Positions 61,601-64,000 of a DNA stretch of 64,000 nucleotides are shown here, in pieces. How positions within the stretch are numbered: the stretch's first letter is position 1; every line of letters begins with the position of its first letter. The position numbers were made by a program, and so were the translations under genes. Location: positions 32,001-96,000 of the IMG/VR virus record IMGVR_UViG_3300028569_002801. One strand, given 5' to 3'. The DNA is from a virus. The notes beneath the pieces were generated by a model that saw only the letters and a list, made by a program, of their open reading frames with translations, was not told the origin of the DNA and did not search any database.

Positions 61601-62022
61601 ATGGTTACGGTGTTACCGTAATTTGTACCTAAACCAATCGGTCCGTATAAATTTTTAACAAACAGTAATGTTTCTTGGTTATCACCTATAGTTTCTAAAT
61701 TACTCCCCACACTATCAGGATATCCGTATTCTCCCTCATTGGATTTGGTTCCTAAATTTAAATTTATTTGTACCACATCACCATAGTAGGTTTTGTTTTC
61801 AGGCGTGTATTGGTTTTTAGTATGAAGAATTTTTTCTTGAACATCACCAACAACTTCAATTTTTGGTGAATCTATGATGGCGTAATCTAAAATTAGAAAA
61901 TCATTTGTTGCAGGAACATCTCCAGTTGAAAACACATTTTCTACTTTATATGGTGGTAAATTTCTTAAAAGTAATTTTTTTCTAAAATTCTCACTTGAAT
62001 TAAACGATAACGGACTTTCCAT
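55648..62022 (-). CDS. giant tail/baseplate protein with tube-initiator-like domain, OmpA-like insertion and N-terminal 56-aa repeats
   Basis: FDESINTNW...LGRPEPIYTYSNTTR and PPICVLRIGDFFHTKIAIDSLSIKY...QPMIADISVSF tube-like halves; SAS...YNLDLSKRRIDSV...RRVRI OmpA-like motif. Confidence 0.7.
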   Translation of the reverse strand: MESPLSFNSSENFRKKLLLRNLPPYKVENVFSTGDVPATNDFLILDYAIIDSPKIEVVGDVQEKILHTKNQYTPENKTYYGDVVQINLNLGTKSNEGEYGYPDSVGSNLETIGDNQETLLFVKNLYGPIGLGTNYGNTVTINTTLLGNTNLGNYGYPLTIGSKLETIGDNQEVVHKVRNVYKPFGLGDFGNTVWYINNDQNILTMGDGEYTIQDTLNSYLYQIGNNQEIFHKVKNLYKPTSPDDYGNTVYSINNDQTILSTGSGIYTIDDTFNSYLYQIGNTQEVFHKLKNVYKPSTSQDYGNTVWYINDNQSILTTGSGLYTIDDTFNSYLYQIGNVQETVLIVKNKYSPENSTQYGNSRYDINNVLTLGSNEGNYNFWDTFGSDLETIGGETKITLIVKNIYRPEGGQSETEVSPFAFIPKPIQPRGNYNYGDTINSDLYQEGKLDRPILIATNQYGPQIIDKDSVIINQNYQVKTNEGEYGFPDTIDSELENVGDVEANDAYIINKYVTGNGKYPILTIDDLEIPNTGLPYANSDNTFIFLPSTYSPASILISNDPSGSDGNLSQDSALANLAAKQLQKEFKHRVALELLQQTLGRVNLLNSQVNPDTGQISAEPNLDPFNALGILSGQIPIISRNYSITNPVLFLGQAINFAAKLAGTYSPYSYIPGEYFDYPDKKGSAIFNNPLSAIGGAIGGVFRMLQPKNQSASELFVEFTSVATRDLLYDQLRLNNFRPDYKIGNNLLAPQGKYYIGNRKSSITEIVSPDGELPESKIKGIATDRSAVFSYGKVGEEYEGTKISEIYSGLNSRPYFDGLNGVQAGFTWISKAGRGSKNYILPGDFAGPGGEAFKDNSKYNFSNISSVYEPTKSTNYEFTENSILDVTQKLIDAGNRSANKLQHVGNAINQVSKVFNDGYIELTKGSRVVRYTTKTSLPKEDRTATAKGYEYCRVFTKDRPYYSHDELQKTDGITTSGRKFTNSVLDNTFNLNIAPWKGTESTNIQGGKVKKYMFSLENLSWRTSNRPGYTYEDLPDCEKGPNGGRIMWFPPYDLNFDESINTNWTDNTFLGRPEPIYTYSNTTRKGNVSWKIIVDHPSIMNVILDRELENLTPESEITKVLDSFFAGCTKYDLYDLVKKFPMFTPNDVFQVMEEIIYPEDIITVTEMLPNETVENLVDEDVIPNPTPTPIPNPTPTPTVSTIDVFTEPPEPEVLKFTEPLFFFHNDFPRMKSSTEPTKAGKSYDQTLIAYKNLKPLYDTGGSDGIRNFGAARKKIIKYGDATYVDYVNTIINGAIELQEKYLGDYIETRIDSINEFFGYIDAEFEEVKAFLTQVCIALKQGGKISFTLKSSASAVTNTGYNLDLSKRRIDSVLQFISNFEYDGVKLKNEIGKNLTITQTPEGETTNIIDPKYKYIDCSRDYKSDSNEGTVSVNAMACRRVRILDVKHEAPPQVDVEQPPSTQTNDNPPNEEVFTEPEENPGNGSTTTSGIPSNDPAGYTTTRQKQDPIVKRTTQPRQDLTKRLARKLLTECNYFELVKQRDPMIYDGLKSKLKHFHPVFHSITPEGLNARLTFLQQCMRPGDTIPTVSKDGENTKLIYNDVTNSVFGAPPICVLRIGDFFHTKIAIDSLSIKYEDAKFDLNPEGIGVQPMIADISVSFNFIGGHGLAAPIAKLQNALSFNYYANTEIYDERADSTEDATSQYDAEILADIKDQLGIKDDPVKQRTNDAGDTIGAIKTNSYDLNTQKAYGTISYQDIMKTLADQTKSYADTTITNLEKINENYLLGGLLMSTKDRKFTDGLFDYLTGNTTNTANIYGKSESIQNKIELLVKEAKNDVDDGTCPLLPEVQYQNFADSDIRKIKRQIKKLIDDRGSVLLALLENCNTTIANEELKLISTIDKLNFVTSANDGYIAKNGSVVMYSLSGGTGVDPASVGVTDTYSELVQDFLKIRSDLNEYYNKLYETKIIASGDTDSFNDTFVFNTYIADDPSYTTPPENRFFMLFGKDIALDAEGFSNDVVDNGLKNEDTQTKDNWKAYFGVTFYTKDTGLVDSYNKSKTNVDNRFKSFNDNFYKNKYNTYNPYNKEKTRILNYETQNPINPPNDTNLKEVWSDQNSQWNKFNLKKTFN
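60500..61810 (-). repeat. degenerate 168-bp (56-aa) tandem repeats within CDS
   Basis: ttggta(t/a)ag... recurs at 61021, 61189 and 61357; protein repeat GNTVWYINxxQxILxxGxGxYTIxDTxNSYLYQIGNxQE. Confidence 0.85.
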
Positions 62023-62060
62023 TCACTCTATTTTATTTATAAATAGATAAATTTTTATTT

Positions 62061-63878
62061 TTATGCAATTACACCCTGTTGTTTTTTGTACGATTCTAAC
62101 TTATATAACACTGTATCCATTATTTGTTTTTGTACTTTAGGGTCTTCAAATATTTTTGAAATGTTTCCTCCATCTCCATTTACGCTACCCCCAACATTTA
62201 TATTTATATCTAATTTCCCTGATCCACCACCAACTTGATTTAAATAATTTCCTAAATTAGTCCCGACAGCAATTTGATCATCAGGTAATGTTTTATACAT
62301 TTCACCTCTACCTTTAATAATTGCTGCACCTGAAGATGGTAAAAAACCATCAGACATAGGCTTACCTTCTTCTATTTCTTTTTTCTTTTTTTCCAGATCC
62401 ACTCTTCTGTTTTCCGTTTCCATTGGTGTCTTCGTTCTATCCGCTCCAACAATTTCGTTAATTTTAGATGCCCCTGTTGCTGCCGCTTGGTTAAGACCAT
62501 CAAGTCCTCGCACAGTTGTTGGTGCTGCCATATCGGCAGCATCTTTAAATGTGTTACCTAAACCCTCGTTGGTTGTTTTTATATCTTTAAGGAATTTATC
62601 TCTATCAGGAATATTTTTTATAACCGCCTCTTTAATAATATTAACATCTTTTGCTTGATTTTCGGTTATTGTCATTTGAGCGACGGCTAAATCTTTTTCT
62701 GATAACGCAGCCTTGTCTTGATAAACTTTTAATGCTTTTTGTGTGTCCGCATTTTGAAGTTGTGCCGCTTCTATTTTTTTAAATCCCGGTATATCTATTG
62801 AGACTTTTCCGTCTTTACCTATCTCAGCCAATCCCGCAACTAATGATTGTGTATCTTCAGACATTGATCCTAAATCAAATTTATCTTTTAGATAATCCAT
62901 TTTTGATGCTTCTTTTCCTGCTTCAAGTAATTCATCAAAATTTTGACCCGTTATTCTAGCTTGTTCTCTTAATCTATATAAATCTTCTGTTGACGCTTCA
63001 AACCCACCCGTCGCTTTATTAAATGTAAATGCCGCCTTTGTTGAGTTTATAAGTTCTTTTTGTAATCCAGCCATGTCACTTTGTGCCATGTGCATTAGTT
63101 GAAATGGGTCAGCTAACTTTCCAACCGCACCACCTAACATTTGCATACTTGCTGCCGCCTCAATAGCCTTTTCTGGATCCAATAGATTACTAGCGAATCC
63201 TTTAGCCCCTATTTTATCTACGGTAGTTCTTAACAACATGGCTTGTTTAACCATATTTTTCATACCATCAATACCCGTTTTAAATCCAAAACCACTAACC
63301 GCCTTTACGTTTGTTCCGATTTCTTTAAGATAGGATTTAGCACTTAACCCCGCCTGTCTTGCTTCTACCGATAAATCATGTATTTTTTTTGTTGCTTCCT
63401 CCTGTGTACCACCAAACCTTGTCATATCGGTTATTAACATAGCGATTTCTTTTGTGGACTCTCCCGTTGCTTTAGACAACTCCACAATATTTTGTAAAAC
63501 TTGGGTACTTGGATTTACTATTCTTCCCATACCTTCCGATAATCCCTCAACAGCAGTTGTAACATCTTTAAAAGATGAACCAATATCCATAGTAGCGGTA
63601 TACGCTAAATACATTTTTTCTCTGAACTTATCAGTACCCATAGCAACACCACCCATTGATCTCTGTAACGATAACGCCTGATCGTTCATAGAAATAAGTT
63701 CTTTATTTGCGTTTTCTAAAATGGTTTTCCAACTTGTACTTACAACAAAGTTAGTTAAAGCCTTTTTTAAGTCTTCTATTTGTTCAATAGTTCCTTGGGT
63801 ATTCGCGTATTGACTAGTACCGCCGTCTCCGGCGGTACTTGCAACATTAGAATCAGAAGATACGGAATATAGAAACAT
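62061..63878 (-). CDS. tape-measure-like protein
   Basis: Ala/Gly/Met-rich helical composition; lies between the chaperone-like gene and the tube-initiator/LysM/hub genes. Confidence 0.65.
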   Translation of the reverse strand: MFLYSVSSDSNVASTAGDGGTSQYANTQGTIEQIEDLKKALTNFVVSTSWKTILENANKELISMNDQALSLQRSMGGVAMGTDKFREKMYLAYTATMDIGSSFKDVTTAVEGLSEGMGRIVNPSTQVLQNIVELSKATGESTKEIAMLITDMTRFGGTQEEATKKIHDLSVEARQAGLSAKSYLKEIGTNVKAVSGFGFKTGIDGMKNMVKQAMLLRTTVDKIGAKGFASNLLDPEKAIEAAASMQMLGGAVGKLADPFQLMHMAQSDMAGLQKELINSTKAAFTFNKATGGFEASTEDLYRLREQARITGQNFDELLEAGKEASKMDYLKDKFDLGSMSEDTQSLVAGLAEIGKDGKVSIDIPGFKKIEAAQLQNADTQKALKVYQDKAALSEKDLAVAQMTITENQAKDVNIIKEAVIKNIPDRDKFLKDIKTTNEGLGNTFKDAADMAAPTTVRGLDGLNQAAATGASKINEIVGADRTKTPMETENRRVDLEKKKKEIEEGKPMSDGFLPSSGAAIIKGRGEMYKTLPDDQIAVGTNLGNYLNQVGGGSGKLDININVGGSVNGDGGNISKIFEDPKVQKQIMDTVLYKLESYKKQQGVIA

Positions 63879-63895
63879 AATTTTTTATTTTTTAT

Positions 63896-63902
63896 ATAAA
63901 TA
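63896..63902 (-). promoter_or_regulatory. TATTTAT motif, putative phage late promoter (representative copy)
   Basis: Same heptamer lies 5-40 nt upstream of starts at 811, 6701, 10779, 11359, 14220, 19811, 21678, 21982, 29160, 37953, 40323, 40349, 43923, 48369 and 62039. Confidence 0.65.
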
Positions 63903-63915
63903 GGTGGTTATAATG

Positions 63916-64000
63916 TTATTTATTATAACTTTCAATCAATTTATCTATAAAGTACCTTCTTTCAAATGAAGGCATTTTCATAACGTCACTATAAGAAAAA
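63916..64000 (-). CDS. 3' end of baseplate hub/tail assembly chaperone (T4 gp51-like), truncated by window
   Basis: Manual translation FSYSDVMKMPSFERRYFIDKLIESYNK*, with the MPxxERxY motif. Confidence 0.65.
   Translation of the reverse strand, partial: FSYSDVMKMPSFERRYFIDKLIESYNK

Noticed and set aside
60500-61810. Diversity-generating retroelement template/variable repeat pair
   Set aside because: Repeats are tandem and in frame, differences are not confined to adenines, and no reverse transcriptase is in the window
243-63681. All plus-strand ORFs and short nested minus-strand ORFs in the track (e.g. 19139..19477 GVGVGV, 47698..48123, 50700..50903)
   Set aside because: Antisense or off-frame shadows of well-supported minus-strand genes; their low-complexity repeats mirror the PT/PA/TTPSA tracts
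38012-63878. Bacterial extracellular contractile injection system or prophage rather than a lytic phage
   Set aside because: Baseplate genes are interleaved with a full T4-like replisome, RNR, homing endonucleases and a sigma factor, with no host housekeeping genes or integrase
1-64000. Stop-codon reassignment (TAG or TGA recoding seen in some jumbo phages)
   Set aside because: Standard-code ORFs are full length and tile the window; TAG (45422, 48380) and TGA (161, 5278, 9299) fall at plausible gene ends
1-64000. tRNA, rRNA or riboswitch (including a cobalamin riboswitch near nrdJ)
   Set aside because: Intergenic gaps are mostly under 130 nt and AT-rich with no cloverleaf or conserved boxes; only 25 nt precede nrdJ

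Overview
This 64 kb window is AT-rich (roughly 30% GC by eye), densely coding, and reads as part of a large (jumbo-type) contractile-tailed phage genome. Every credible gene is on the minus strand and uses the standard code. In transcription order (right to left) there are four blocks. (1) A tail block: chaperone end, tape-measure-like protein, a 2124-aa tube-initiator-like protein, a gp53/LysM-like protein and a 2300-aa hub-like protein. (2) A T4-like replication block: gp32-like SSB, RecA/UvsX, 5'-3' exonuclease, gp41/DnaB helicase and class II ribonucleotide reductase. (3) A ~28 kb baseplate/fibre block: gp25-like, gp6-like, several large structural proteins, and SprB-repeat and Cys/Pro-Thr-rich appendage proteins. 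(4) A second replication/recombination block: RuvC-like resolvase, primase, PD-(D/E)XK nuclease, SbcD, SbcC, two HNH endonucleases, a DNA methyltransferase and a sigma-70 factor cut by the window edge. SprB repeats, DUF6576- and DUF5522-like proteins and SD-less AT-rich leaders point to a Bacteroidota host (inference). The most notable feature is a GT60-family (Gnt1/Gnt2-like) polypeptide GlcNAc-transferase sitting among virion genes that carry mucin-like (Thr-Pro)n linkers, which may be a phage-encoded virion O-glycosylation system. The same region holds a duplicated adaptor-plus-fibre gene pair with matching terminal motifs, a candidate modular fibre-docking system. I saw no tRNA, rRNA, CRISPR array, integrase or reverse transcriptase. 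Family assignments come from motif recognition only; no searches were run.
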